The notes: generated by a model not told the origin, from the letters alone. Positions 25,562-39,010 are shown, counted from the stretch's first letter. The stretch is 64,000 bases of DNA from Octopus vulgaris (GCA_951406725.2 OX597827.1:32736001-32800000), one strand, 5' to 3'. Made by a program: numbers and translations.

Positions 25562-26426
25562 ACACAGTCATTCCCATTATTAGTTAAGAATACAGTTTAA
25601 AATTACAGAACTCCACTGAATGGCCTGTAATGCACTTGATCTCCCTGTATTCTTCTGCCGTTGCTGTTACCAGCTGTTTATTCACTCGTTAAGCACCCAC
25701 TGTACATCTATTACAACCCATTGTACACCCCTTTTATACCCATCGTATACCACTTGTGAATGCACGTGACCTAGTGTTTAGGATTATGCACTCACGATTG
25801 CAAGCACATAGTTTCAAACCCAGAACTGGACGGTATGTTCTGTTCTTATACAGAATACTTGTACCATGTTGTCTTGCACTCACTTCGAAATCTGACATGC
25901 AGCACACCTTGCACTTGTACAGGTAACATCCATTTGGTGGAGAGAATGAGCTAATGTACAGCAATTACAGGTAATCAGTGGAGGCGCATGACTTAGTGGT
26001 TAGGGTGTCAGCACCATGATCGTAAGATTGTGGTTTCGATTCCTGGACTGGGCAACGTGTTGTGTTCTTGAGCAAAACACTTCATTTCATATTCCTCCAG
26101 TCCACTCAGCTGGCAAAAAGGAATAACACTGCAATGGACTGGTGTCCTGTCCAGCTGGGGAACACATACGCCATAGAAACTGGGAAACCGGGCCTATGAG
26201 CCTCGCTAGGCTTTAAAAAAGGGTGCATTTATTTTTTTTTATTACAGGTGATCACTATAAACAAATCATTTGTGTAGGTTGATCAGCAAGAAACTGCACC
26301 ACCCTCATCTGACATCTACGACATTTGAGCTCATGATACCCATTGCATGATATCCCATTGCATACTCAATACACACCCTTTATTTCTTTTTATATTGGTC
26401 TTTGTCCCTCCATTTATGTTAGTATT

Positions 26427-26727
26427 GTTTGTTCCTTCTTGAGCCATGCCTGGCACATAAGGGCCAGTTTCCCGGTTTCCTTGGCATAAAGGTTCGCCAC
26501 CTGGATGGAACACCGGTCCATCACAGGTGAGCTGCAAGATGCAGGAGGAAAGAGTGAGAGAAATTTGTGGCGAAAGAGTCAGGAGAGGTTCGCCATTACT
26601 TTCTGCCGGAGCCACTTGGAGCTTAGGTGTTTCGCTTATAAAAATACACATCGCCCAGTCTGAGATTCGAACCTATGATCCCTCAATCACAAGCCCGCTG
26701 CTCTAACCACTAGGCCATGTGCCTCCA
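26427..26727 (-). mobile_element. tRNA-derived SINE family C
   Basis: Minus strand TGGCCTAGTGGTTAGAGC..GGTTCGAATC; plus-strand copy at 38001-38295 and a partial copy at 18810-19006(-). Confidence 0.85.
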
Positions 26728-28003
26728 CAAAGTAAAGACAGACGAAATACCATTAAGCATTTTGCCCGGTGCAATAGCATTTCTGCCAGCTCGCTGCCTT
26801 TATGTTAGTATAGTTTCCTAAAATAAAACCCAATTTGGTGTTATAGTGATATCAGGATTACCATTCTATAGAGGTAATGTCGAATAAATGAAACACTATA
26901 ATTTAGTCAGTATGAGAGAAAGAGGGGTCACCATCTTGTACGTAACAACAAGAAAATAGAAATTCATGAGACGCTTGTAATGAGTCATAACATTTATTAC
27001 TAGAAATAATGTGTTAGCATATAAGGTTAATTGAAGGAAAGCTTGTAACATTACATGAATATATCCTGTTTGCAAACCACATGTCTCCAAGTGAGTGAGG
27101 CGAATGTGTGCACGAGCAGGTGTGTATGTGCGGCAACCTGACTCAGGTATGTTGAAGATTCAACAAACACTAAGTGGCGCAAATTTAGAAATTCCTTCCT
27201 TTATATAAGGGATGACTCAGAAGTCCCAGACTTCCACGTAAACTGGAAGTTTCCAGAAAGCTCTCAAATATTCTAGAAGCTCAAGGGAGATTACTCTCTT
27301 TAAATCCCTTTTCTGTTTTACTTCCCTGCTTGACTGCCAGAGTTCACTACAGTGTGTTTCACAATTAAGCCAGGGTCCTTAATTGAAGAGAAAAACACAT
27401 TTTATTCTAAAGGACCAGAGAAAATGCTTACAAATATTTTTTGTCTGTGGACATGAACACATGCATACAAGTGAAATGACAGAAGACAAATTAAAATAAA
27501 GTTAGAATTTGTGTTTGAAGCAAATTAAATTATGTAAACGTTATCAATTGGCATATTTAATATATGTGCATTAGTAAATGGCGTGAAGCTGCAATACTTC
27601 AGCCAGGGAAGAGCCCTTTCATGTCTGTGTGTGAGTGTGTGAGTGCAAAATGTAAAATGCTTATTGATTCACATTGTTTTGAATTAATCATCCGTCCAAC
27701 CCATGCCAGCATGGAAAATGGACGTTATCTCATAGCTTTGAGGTTTTATTTATATAATTGCTTATTTTTAGAATGACATTATAGGCTAGGTATGAGAGGC
27801 CAGATCTGGTCAGTTTGATCATAAAATGGGTTGAATATTTAACCCGGATATGGCCAGTTTAAATGCTAATGGGTTAAATGTATTTTTTGTTTGCTTTTGT
27901 TGTTTGTCCATTAATTAAATAATTAATTGCTTATTTGTTTGTGTTTAGTTATAATTTTTATTCATATTTTCTTTTCCTTTTTTCTTTTTTCTTTGTAGTT
28001 ACC

Positions 28004-28846
28004 ATGTCGGAGAAGAAGAAAAAACGGCCTCCCTTAACAAGAGCTGCCACAGAAGTGAACGAAAACACTCTGAAAGCACTGAACCAAATCCGCCATCCTT
28101 CACTCTACAAAAAGAACCATGCTAAATCCTCGGCTGGGGCTGATTTCAACATGACTTCAGGCATGCGAAGGATCGAAAGGGCTCGTAGTAATGTTAAAGA
28201 TCTCCCAAAACCAATGCCAGCCATAGACCCGTATATGGACATACCTGGCTGTAAGCTGTCCCGACATCGTTCCTGTCCACATTTACTCGATGAAGACGAT
28301 GATGACGATGAACACACCCCTGTTTCTAGTGATGTTGATGATTTCTGCGGCTCTTACGGTGGGAGTACTATGACAGAGCACCAGGATTACCAATGGCATC
28401 CTATAAAGGTGACAGCGGCAAGTAGGGGTGACAGGGGCGACACAACCAACCACACTGACTACTATAGCTCAAACCCAAAAGTAATGGACAGTTACAATGA
28501 TTGGTCTCAGAATGAATGTGATGGCCATCGAGAAGGAAAGAAACAGTTCAGAGATCCACCATTTTCTGCCAAAATCCATTCGTCGTCTTCGTTAATGTCT
28601 CCAACGGAAGACATGTTTCGTTTTGACCGGATCTCGACAAGTGTCTCAGACAACTTCTCCGACATTGAAGAACCAAATTCGGAACTGATTCTAGAAGACA
28701 GAGTAAGTGACTCTGAGGATCAGGATTATCCTCTTCATTCTGGACGTGAGGGTGATGCCAAATGTAACCAATGGTTACAAGGCTTGCAATTGTCACAGAC
28801 AGATCGACTCAAATCTAGGAGTCACCTTAGACTGCCGCCAGTATAA
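28004..28846 (+). CDS. Uncharacterised 280-aa protein encoded in a single (probably terminal) exon
   Basis: Non-repetitive 843-bp ORF. Polypyrimidine tract and TAG acceptor (AG at 27997-27998) lie 5 nt before ACC-ATG; basic KKKKRP N-terminus, acidic D-run, TAA stop, ATTAAA at ~28987. Confidence 0.8.
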   Translation: MSEKKKKRPPLTRAATEVNENTLKALNQIRHPSLYKKNHAKSSAGADFNMTSGMRRIERARSNVKDLPKPMPAIDPYMDIPGCKLSRHRSCPHLLDEDDDDDEHTPVSSDVDDFCGSYGGSTMTEHQDYQWHPIKVTAASRGDRGDTTNHTDYYSSNPKVMDSYNDWSQNECDGHREGKKQFRDPPFSAKIHSSSSLMSPTEDMFRFDRISTSVSDNFSDIEEPNSELILEDRVSDSEDQDYPLHSGREGDAKCNQWLQGLQLSQTDRLKSRSHLRLPPV

Positions 28847-29351
28847 TGACCGATTTGTTTTTGTTTTGTTTCTATTTTCTTTTTTTTTTTAATCAGTAAA
28901 CCTTTGTTGCTCTTTCTCTTGGTTTTCTCCATTCTTTCCATCAGATTCTACTGCTGTGTGCTGTACAGTTAAAATTGGATTTTAAAATTAAATATATTTA
29001 ATCTCTTTAACTTATTTTGTTTTTTTCCATTTTTAAACTCAGTCTTGTTATTGTTGTTATTATCATCATCATCATCATCATCATCATCACTATTAATAAT
29101 ATAAAGGTGGCAAAGTCGTTAGCATGCTGAGCAAAATGCTTAGTGGCATTTCATCCCATCTTTACATTCTGAGTTCAAATGCCGCCGAGGTCAACTTTGC
29201 CTTGCATCCTTTCAAGGTCGATAAAATGAGTACGAGTCAAGCACTGGGGTTGATGTAATCCTTTCGGGGTTGATGAAATGAGTATCATTTCAGCGCTTGG
29301 GTCAATGTAAATGACCCCAAAATTTTAAGCTTTGTACCTATACTACAGAAG

Positions 29352-29773
29352 ATTATTATTATTATTATTATTATTATTATTGCTTTCCTGGAATCTGTAG
29401 GAGTGGACAGCAGCCTGCTCAGAGGTCTCACAGGGTCTCTTACTGCAGGGTCTCTTATAAGCTTTGATACTTGGTTGTTAATTACCATGGAAGACATTCG
29501 ACATCCAAATACCAATCTCAAAATCCTGGCTTGAGAAATTTGTCAAAGAAATCGGAATTGACATGAGAGCAGAGCAAGGCCAAAAAACTGCTCTGCTGAG
29601 GACAGCCAGGATTTTGAGATTGGTATTTGGATGTTGAATATCTCCCATGGTAATTAACAACCAAGTATCAAAGCTTATGAGAGACCCTGCAGTAAGAGAC
29701 ACTGTGAGACCTCTGAGCAGGCTGCTGTCCACTCCTACAGATTCCAGTAAAGCAATAATAATAATAATAATAA
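29352..29773. mobile_element. Inverted duplication of an R4/Dong-like 3' end
   Basis: Arms 29352-29531 and 29604-29773, each ending outward in (TAA)n. The plus strand encodes EKFVKEIGIDMRAEQGQKTALLRTARILRLVFGC*. Confidence 0.85.
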
Positions 29774-29812
29774 TGATTTTTTTTATTGGCCACAAGGGCT
29801 TAAGACATGGAA

Positions 29813-29847
<35 letters not shown>

Positions 29848-31530
29848 CATCTGTTGGGGTCATTTACATTTCTCTCAGGTATTCTCTATGCAGTGATTTC
29901 ATTTTCCAATGGTTTACTCTTTCTTCATCTTGTTTCTTAAATGTTTGTGGGTGCATCACATTTTCGGTAGGTACTGTATTGTTAATTCTAACAGTGGTAA
30001 GCAAGGATTCACTCTGCTGTTTAATATACCATCCCAGACTGTTCTCCTCATTGACAACACAGAGCTTGCATTCTATGAGACCTCTTCCACCCCTGTTTCT
30101 AGGCACATACAATCTGTCAGTATTGCTTTTGGGGTGTAGTCCCTTGTTAATTGTCATCACTTTTCTAGTTTCCCTGTCCCTTTCCTCAAGCTCGTCCTTT
30201 GCCTACCAAACAACACCTGTGCCATATCACATTAAGGAAACAGCCCAGGTGTTCATTGCCCTGATTTTGTTTTTTTCCTTTAAGTCTACTTCCCATCACT
30301 AATTTGGTTCTTCTGAGATATTCTCACTTAAAGCTTTCTTTCATTTCACTTTCCTTGATATTGTCGTATTCTAAAATCCCCAAATATTTATATCCATTTG
30401 TCTCAATATCCTTGATTTCCTCACCGTTGGATAGCTCTACACCACCATACAATACTACTTTGCCTCTTTGTATAATAAGCATACCACACTTTTTAGTCCC
30501 AAACTCCATTCCAATATCTCTATTGTTGAGACTTGGCCATTTATTTCACGTTCAGTCTTTCCAAAGATCTTTATATATAACAGATGATTTAATTTTCCTC
30601 CACTTTCCAAAGTGTACCCCGATGTCACTTTCAATAGTATCTGTGTGAGGAGTATCATACAAATCACAAACTGCAATGGTGATTGGCTGTCTCCTTGAAA
30701 TATGTCTCTCTTGATGTTAAAACCCTCACCAAAAATTTTCCACATGAAGTTAACTCTGTATTCCAGCTTTTCATGATCTAATAAGATTTGATATGTTATC
30801 AGGCACCTGTACCAGCTCTAGTCTTTCTAAAATCCAGGAATGGGGACCATGTCATACGATTTCTTACAATCCATCCATGCCATGCCCAGATTAGTAAGCC
30901 TTTTCTTGTAGATATTCAGTACCATTCTATGAATCAGAAGTTGGTCTTTTGTCCCTCAACTTTTCCTTCTGCACCCTTTCTCTTCCACTGACAGTTTGTC
31001 ATTCATTTCCTGGAAATTATGCACATAATTAGATATCCCTGCCATCAACTTCCACATCAGCAGCAGACAGGTGATAGGCTGGTAATTATCCACTGCATTG
31101 CCATTTTATGGGATCCTTTTGGCAAAGAATTGTTTTATCTGTGGTCAGCCACTTTAGCCCTTTTGTTACCAACCCGGCTGAAACCGGCTCTGGCTCTGTT
31201 GTACAAATGTCCTGTTTCCATAAGTTTTAAATTAAAATCTTCCACCAAACCTTAGTCACAATTTATGTTCCTAATACAAGCTGAATGGTAACTAAGTCAT
31301 TTTACTAAATTCTTTGTTATATTTAAAGTAATTGAAACAAACACAGAACATCTCAAAATAAATACAGTAATGAAAGGGTTAAGATTTGTACACTACAGTT
31401 GATCATTTTATCCATTTGCATGGCTATTCTTCTGTGTAATGCTGAGAAATTTTTCAGCCAATTTGGTCCTAGGCATTTCCAGTTTGGGATTATTTTTGTC
31501 AGTTCAGTTACTATTTCAGTCATTACTCTA
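29848..31530 (-). mobile_element. Decayed R4/Dong-clade reverse transcriptase region
   Basis: PNWK..GP, IFQGDSQSPL, LNHLLY, MEFGTKKC, YKYLGILE and LHPKSNTDRLYVPRNRGGRGL motifs across frameshifts; abuts (AAT)n. Confidence 0.9.
31158..31378. mobile_element. piggyBac-like MITE nested in the R4 RT
   Basis: TTAG|CCCTTTTGTTACC...GTAATGAAAGGG|TTAA; same family as 35502-35976. Confidence 0.8.
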
Positions 31531-31539
31531 TATTATTAT

Positions 31540-32729
31540 GTGACCGCTCAAAGTAAAAGACAGACTGTATGATGCATGTGTACGTACAACCATGCTACAT
31601 GGTAGTGAAACTTGGGCTGTGACTGCTGAGGATTTGCGTAAGCTCGCAAGAAATGAAGCTAGTATGCTCCGATGGATGTGTAACGTCAGTGTTCATAATC
31701 GACAGAGTGTAAGTACCTTGAGAGAAAAGTTGAACCTAAGAAGCATCAGTTGTTGTGTGCAAGAGAGACGTATGCGCTGGTATGGTCATGTGATGAGAAT
31801 GGCTGAAGATAGTTGTGTGCGAAAGTGCCACACCCTGGCAGTTGAGGGGACCTATGGAAGAGGTAGACCCAGGAAAACCTGGGTCGAGGCGGTGAAGCAC
31901 GACCTTCGAACTTTAGGTCTCACCAAGGAAATGACCAGTGACCGAGACCTTTGGAAGTATGCTGTGCGTGAGAAAACCCGGCAAGACCAGTGAGAACAGT
32001 CAAAATCAAAATCAAACCAAATTGAGGTCGATCAACATCAGGGCCTCCGTGCAGGTGACACGTAAAAGCACCAGCCGTTTGTGTTCATTGCCAGCCTGGC
32101 CTGGCCCCCGTGCCGGTGACACGTAAAAGCACCATCCGTTCGTGGCCGTTTGCCAGCCATGTCTGACCCCCATGTCGGTGACATGTAAAAGCACCATCCA
32201 TTCGTGTCCGTTGCCAGCCTCGCCTGGCCCCCGTGCCGGTGACACGTAAAAGCACCATCCGTTCGTGGCCGTTTGCCAGCCCTGTCTGGCCCCCGTGTCA
32301 GTGGCATGTAAAAGCACCATCCGTTCGTGTCCATTGCCAGCCTCGCCTGGCCCCCGTGCCGGTGACACGTAAAAGCACCATCCGTTTCGTGGCCGTTTGC
32401 CAGCTCTGTCTGGCCCCCGTGTTGGTGGCACGTAAAAGCACCATCCGTTCGTGTCCGTTGCCAGCCTCGCCTGGCCCCGTGCCGGTGACACGTAAAAGCA
32501 CCATCCGTTCGTGGCCGTTTGCCAGCTCTGTCTGGCACCTGTGCGGGTGGCACGTAAAAAGCACCCACTACACTCACGGAGTGGTTGGCGTTAGGAAGGG
32601 CATCCAGCCATAGAAACACTGCCAGATCTGACTGGGCCTGATGAAGCCTTCCAGCTTCACAGACCCCACTTGAACCGTCCAACCCATGCTAGCATGGAGA
32701 ACGGACGCTAAATGATGATGATGATGATG

Positions 32730-32730
<1 letters not shown>
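31540..32730 (+). mobile_element. 5'-truncated RTE-clade LINE (ORF C-terminus, 3' UTR, (GAT)n tail)
   Basis: ORF 31592-31993 MLHGSETW...RWYGHVMRM...GRGRPRKTW, typical of RTE. Confidence 0.9.
32050..32565. repeat. ~61-bp GC-rich minisatellite with alternating A/B units in the RTE 3' UTR
   Basis: CA(C/T)GTAAAAGCACC recurs at ~32059, 32120, 32182, 32243, 32305, 32366, 32429, 32489 and 32551. Confidence 0.9.
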
Positions 32731-32798
<68 letters not shown>

Positions 32799-33002
32799 AA
32801 TCATCAGCATGTCGGGTGAAATGCTTAGTGGCATTTTGTCTGTCTCTACATTCTGAGTTCAAATTCTGCTGAGATCAACTTTGCCTTTCATCCTTTTGGG
32901 GAGGTCAATAAATTAAATACCAGTTGAGTACTGGGGTCGATGTAATCGACTTAACCCCTCCCTTCCAAAAAATTCCTGGCCTTGTACTTATAGTAGAAAT
33001 GA

Positions 33003-33354
33003 TTATTACCGCCGCCTTAGCAAAAGCAGAGGTATTGTTTTCAGTCGGGTTTGTTTGTTCGTGGACAAGATATCTCAAGAACCATTGGATGGATTCAGAT
33101 GAAACTTTCAGGGATGTTTGGCCTGGTGACTAGCACGAACCAATTAGATTTTGGGATTAATCCAGTACTGGACAAGTATTATGGATTAATTTTCCTGTAT
33201 TTTTACTTAATTTTTGAGAGCAGTCAGGTTCATTTTTAGTATTCTCATTTGTGAGAGCTGTCAAGTTTATTTCAAATATTCTCATTTTAAAAATCATCTC
33301 TGGCTAATCGTTGATATTGCCTCAGTGAAGGTTTGCACTCTGAGTGCTCTTGTT
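33003..33354 (+). mobile_element. Non-autonomous Helentron/HINE (DINE-1-like) element
   Basis: Starts TTATTACCGCCGCC, has a GTTTGTTTGT microsatellite and GATGGATTCAGATGAAACTTTCAGG core, and ends with the hairpin GCACTC-T-GAGTGC followed by TCTTGTT. Confidence 0.65.
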
Positions 33355-35501
33355 ATTATTATTATTATTATTCACTGCCATGCAGGCCTGTTATGAGTGG
33401 CTTCAGTAGATGGAAACTGAAAGAGCCCATTGTATTTATGCATATGTGTGTGTTGCGGTCTCTTTGCCTTGACATAACATGATAGTTGTAAACAAATGTC
33501 ACCATCATACAAGCAGTATCCTTTGTTTCCAGTCTTCCGTGAAAACATGTCTGGCCATGGGGAAATATTACTTTGCTTGGAAACAAGTGAGAGTTGGCAT
33601 CCAATCATAAAAAAAAATCAAGGAGGGCATCCAATCATAAAAAATCTGCCTCAATTAATTCTGTCCAACCCATGCAGGGCATAGAAAAATTGATGTTAAA
33701 AATGATGATTATGATACATTAAGAGAAATTTTTCACAGTTGACTTAGCAACTCCTTGAATGTTACAAAATGATGTTAGCTCCAATAGATCAGATATTAGG
33801 CTCAAATAGGTCAGATGATAGCCATAGGACTAAATCTACTGTTTGACATTTAATTGTGTTCTCATGTGGACAGAATATTTAATTCAACTGCATGCTTTAT
33901 TTCCTCATATTTGCATGAATCAAATCAGATATCAGTAATTTCTGGGAAAACTGCAACTATTTGTTGTGATGTTCATGCCTTTCACAAAGATATTAAATGG
34001 TAAAATTAACTACAATTGGAATCAAAACAGCAGCAGATGTTATAATCAGAAGTTTTTTGAAGCCACTGTGTATTTTATTTTGTTTACCAAGTCTGTAAGA
34101 ATTAAAAGGAAACCTGCTTCTAGTGTTACTTGAAAATCTGAAATGAGAACTACACCTATCACTCTCCAATTCCCTAAATAGACCTGAAAAGAAGGCAATA
34201 TCTATCATTCTTCAAGTCTTTAGCTAGACCTAAAAGACATAAAAAAAAGATTTGCATCTAACATTCTACAGGCAACCAGTAGAAGCCTCATCAATTTTAC
34301 ATTCAACCATAGATGCAAGCATGGCTGTGTGGTAAGAAGTTTGCTTCCCAATCCCATGGTCTCAGGTTCAGTTCCACTATGTTGCACTATGGGCAAGTGT
34401 CTTCTGTATTCTTGAGCCATCCAGTATCTTGTGAGTAGATTTGGTTGATGGAGACTGAAAGAAGCCCATCTTGTGTGTGTGTGTGTCTTTGCATCTGTGT
34501 TTGTCCCCCAACACAGCTTGACAACCAGTATTGGTGTGTTTATGTCCCCATAACTTAGCAAAAAGAGACCAAATAAGTATGAGGATTAAAAAAAGTGCTG
34601 GGGTCAATTGGCTCAACTAGAATTCTTGAACGAGGTGCTCCAGCGTGGTCACTGTCTAATGACTGAAACAAGTAAAAGATGAAAGATAAGTGTACTGAGA
34701 GTTAAGTGTCTTGGACATGGTCACAGCTCAGTGTTGGTGATAGGACGATTCCTTGACCAACTGCCCAGTAAAAGTAATAAATTTAATAAATTCTTCATTT
34801 TCAAAATTAATTGGATGAAAGACACTGTATTTCAAGAGAAATATAGTAAAAAAAATGGTCTTTGAAAAAACAAAATTAGACAGTCATGAAACAGGTGTTG
34901 TCTTAAAGTGGGTACTATGGGTGCTGCAACACTAGAGCTCATGTGGCCTCTGGGTCCATGGTTAACTCTTAAAGTCATATATTAAGGATATCTGCACATG
35001 TCACCACATACAAAACCACAGCTCAAATTGTGTTGTTACTTCGAAGTATCAAAAACTGGAACTAAGCATTCTTTTGTGTAAGAAACAAAGTTTAGCCTCA
35101 TTATAGAAAGAACTTCCTGTTTGCACCATGTGTGTTTATTTTATTTATTATTTTTTTTGTTGTTGTTTTATTGAGTGAATATCTCTTGAAGATTTCTTTC
35201 TTTGAATTTCAAGCATAATGGTGGTTAACAGCTGAAGCGATGATATTATTTGTTAATGATTTATTTAGGAAACCTGTAATTAGCAGGAAAAAGTGACATG
35301 ACAACAGCAACAGGTAAAACCCACAGTCACTAAATACACCAATGACCATTAATATTGTGTCAGCCTATTTCATCAAAATTCATGCAATGGTTACATTTTT
35401 ATAGCTTTTTTACTGGACTAACAGCATTCATCAATACTTTTAATTTCTTACTGGAGGAATAGATTTATATAGAGAAAGCACTACAAGACTTTAAGTGTTA
35501 A

Positions 35502-35976
35502 CTCTTCCATTACCATATTTCTGTTGAGATGCTCTGTGTTCCTTTCAGTTAATTTTAAATATAACAAAGAATTTAGTAAAATAACTTAGTTATCATTCAG
35601 CTAGTGTTAGGAACATAAATTGTGACTAAAGTTTGGTGGAAGATTTTAATTCAGAACTTAGGAAAATAAGACATTTGTACTATGGAGCCAGAGGTGGTTT
35701 CAGCTGGGTTGGTATCAAATGGGTTAAGAATTGTTTCTCCATTATATATTTTAACCCTTTTGTTACCATATTTCTGTTGAGATGCTCTGTGTTTCTTTGA
35801 ATTAATTTTAAATATAACAAAGAATTTATTAAAATAACATAGTTATCATTAAGCTAGTGTTAGGAACATAAATTGTGACTAAGGTTTGGTGGAAGATTCT
35901 AATTCAGGATTTTTGAAAACAAAACATTTGTACAACAGAGCCAGAGGTGGTTTCAGGCAGGTTGGTATCAAAAGGG
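35502..35976. mobile_element. Two tandem piggyBac-like MITEs (35502-35723 and 35755-35976)
   Basis: Each is bounded by TTAA and C(C/T)CTT...GGG TIRs and is ~222 bp. Further fragments at ~37060-37290 and 37700-38460. Confidence 0.85.
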
Positions 35977-36395
35977 TTAAAATAATTTTGTCATGTTTCA
36001 ATGGGGGTAAGGATCCATTTCTTTAAAACAGCATCCAGGTCTTTTTTCACCTTAAGATGGCATGGCCCTGCGTGAAAGTAAGAGACACTTAATGTTTGGT
36101 AAGTATGCATGTGTTTACATTTGCTCTCTCTGAAATTCACTGGCTACGAGCAGTGTTGTTGTTATTGCTTCTGCCGACAAATTGTCCTCTTGCTTAACAA
36201 TTTTGAAGACGAATGAAATAAATGATTCCTTACTTCTCAAGGAGGTAATGGTTAGTGACAGAAAAGGCATCCAGTTGTAAAACAATATTTCAGTTATATA
36301 TTCATCTAACCCATGCTTGAATTGGAAAAACAGCTATTAAAACAAAGTAATGAATATAGCAGAGAGTGAGTCTTATATTTAGTAGAACAGGGAAA

Positions 36396-36438
36396 ATTGC
36401 AGACATGATTCAGTCTTATTAGACCTCATCAGTAACAT
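36396..36438 (-). ncRNA. Compact hammerhead-like motif (one core substitution)
   Basis: Minus strand CUGAUGA / GGUCU-aaua-AGACU / GAAUC-AU-GUC^; GAAAC is changed to GAAUC and stem I is weak. Confidence 0.45.
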
Positions 36439-36671
36439 GATTTAACTGTAACTACTGTAGCTCTCTTTTACTTGTTTCAGTCATTTGACTGTGGCCATGC
36501 TGGAGCACCTCCTTTAGTTGAGCAAATTGACCCCAGGACTTATTCTTTGTAAGCCTAGTACTTATTCTATCAGTCTCTTTTGCCAAACCGCTAGGTTACG
36601 GGCACGTAAACACACCAGCATTGGTTGTCAAGCAATGTTGGGGGGACAAACACAGACACACAAACACATAC

Positions 36672-36702
<31 letters not shown>

Positions 36703-39010
36703 TATATACGATGGGCTTCTTTCAGTTTCCATCTACCAAATCCACTCACAAGGCTTTGGTCGGCCCGAGGCAATAGTAGAAGACATTTGCCCAAGGTGCC
36801 ATGCAGTGGGAACCATGTGGTTGGTAAGCAAGCTACTTACCACAGAGTCACTCCTGCACCTCTTAGTACTTTTTTATTAAAAAAATCCTCATTGCATCTA
36901 GACACCTCTAAGTATGTTTTCTAAAAACCTTAAATTGCCATTTTTAAAATCCTCATCACATCTAAATACCCCTAAGTATGTCTTTTCTAAAACACATTTT
37001 TAGAATTCACATCACACTTAGTCACCCTTTGCACTGTACTGACTTATCACTGCATGTTTATTTAACCATTTTGTTAGCATGGTTCTGTTGAAATACAATG
37101 CTTTTGTTCCAATTAATTTTGAAAATAATGAAGAATTTACTAAAATATCTTAATCATTTTTAAGCTGGTGTTTAGAACATGAATTGCAATGAAACTTTGA
37201 TTGACGATTTTAATTTAGATCTCTTTACCATTTTCATTACCATATTTCCTCTGAAATACATTATACCCTTGTTTCAATTAATTTTGAAAATCATCATCAT
37301 CATCATCATCATTCAACGTCCATTGTCCATGCTGGCATGGGTTGGACGGTTTGACTGTGGCTGATAAGCTGGAAGGCTACACCAGACTTCAGTCTGATTT
37401 GGCATGATTTTCTTTGACTAGATGCCCTTCCTACCACCAACCACTCTGAGGGTGTAATGGGTGCTTTTACAAGCCACGGCACGGATGCTATTTGCATGAC
37501 ACCAGGGTGCCTTTACATGCCACCAGCATGAGTGCCAATTTGCGTGACACCGGTATCTGCTACGACTGTGATTTTGTTCAGCTTGATGAGTCTTCTTCTC
37601 AAGCACGACATAATGCCAAAGGTCTTGATAAATGCCTCCGTGAGGCCCAATGCTTCAAAGGAACATGCCCACCTTGCCTCCGTCAGGAATTTTTTAAAAA
37701 AAACTTTCTCATTATTAAGCTGATGTTTGGAACATAAATTAACATGAGATTTTAATAGAAGGTTTTAATATAAGTCGCTTTAACCCTTTCACCATCTAAG
37801 TTGCAATACACCGTCTTTGTTTCAGTTAATTTTTTAAATAATGAAGAGTTTAGTAACATAAATGTTAGTTTTAAGATGGTGTTTGGAATATAAATTAACT
37901 TGATAGTTTGATGAAAAGTTTTAATTTAAATCATTTTAACTCGTTTGTTTTAATTATTTTTTAAAATAATGAAGCTTTTAGTAAAGTAACTTTGTCATCG
38001 TGGAGGTACATGGCCTAGTGGTTAGAGCAGTGGACTCGCGGTCAAGAGATCACGGGTTCGAATGTCAGACCGGGCGATGTGTGTGTTTATGAGTGAAACA
38101 CCTAAGCTCCACACGGCTCCGACAGAAGGTAATGGCGAACTTCTGCTGACACAACTTTCTCTCACTCTTTCCTCCTGCATCTTGCAGCTCATCTGCGATG
38201 AACTGACATCCTGTCCAGGTGGGGAACCTATACACCAAGGAAACCAGGAAACTGGCCCTAATGAGCCAGGCGTAGCTTGAGAAGGAACAAACAAACTTTG
38301 TCATCATTAAACTGGTGTTTGAAACATAAATTTTAATTAGCATGAAATATTGATAGATTTAAATTTCAATTACTTTAACACAGAATGTTTGAACCACAGA
38401 AGCAAGGCTGGCTTCAGTTGGACTGGGACCAAAAGAATTAAAATTTCTCAGTTTACTACATCAAAAATGCTTGCACACACTTTACTATTAAGTTTACATG
38501 CAGTTGGCGTCTGTGAGCTTTTTTCTTTTTTCTGCTACAGTTGCAGCAATTTACCACAAACTGTTCAAATGTTAATTTGAGGGTGTAAGGTTTCACTTAG
38601 TCCTTAGTTATTTGGCTAAATTAAATACATCCCACCACACACTTAACTATTCTCGCAACAGGCTAACCACTTCAGATACAAACCACATTATGAACTTCAC
38701 TCTGATTTTCTAAATATAAAAGCAAATCCTCATTATCAACAACGAGTAACATTCTAACGAGTTTAACAACTAGTGATTATGGACCTATGTATGGGTGTGT
38801 GTGTCTGTGTATGCACCCATATATGTGTGTGTATGTGTGTGTGTGGATATATATGTGTATGTGTATTAATATATGTAGTATATATATGTGTGTGTTTTCA
38901 TGTATATACATATACACACACATACAAACATGCATTATAAATATATGCATACACACACACATCATATAAAATTATGTACATATACAGTAATATCCATATG
39001 TGTGTATATG

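Noticed and set aside
27935-28003. N-terminal extension of the 303-aa ORF call
   Set aside because: It is the intronic polypyrimidine tract read from a TTG; the likely start is the ATG at 28004, after the splice acceptor.
32050-32565. CRISPR-like periodic constant motif
   Set aside because: The intervening sequences are themselves repeated rather than unique spacers, the context is a eukaryotic LINE 3' UTR, and there are no cas genes.
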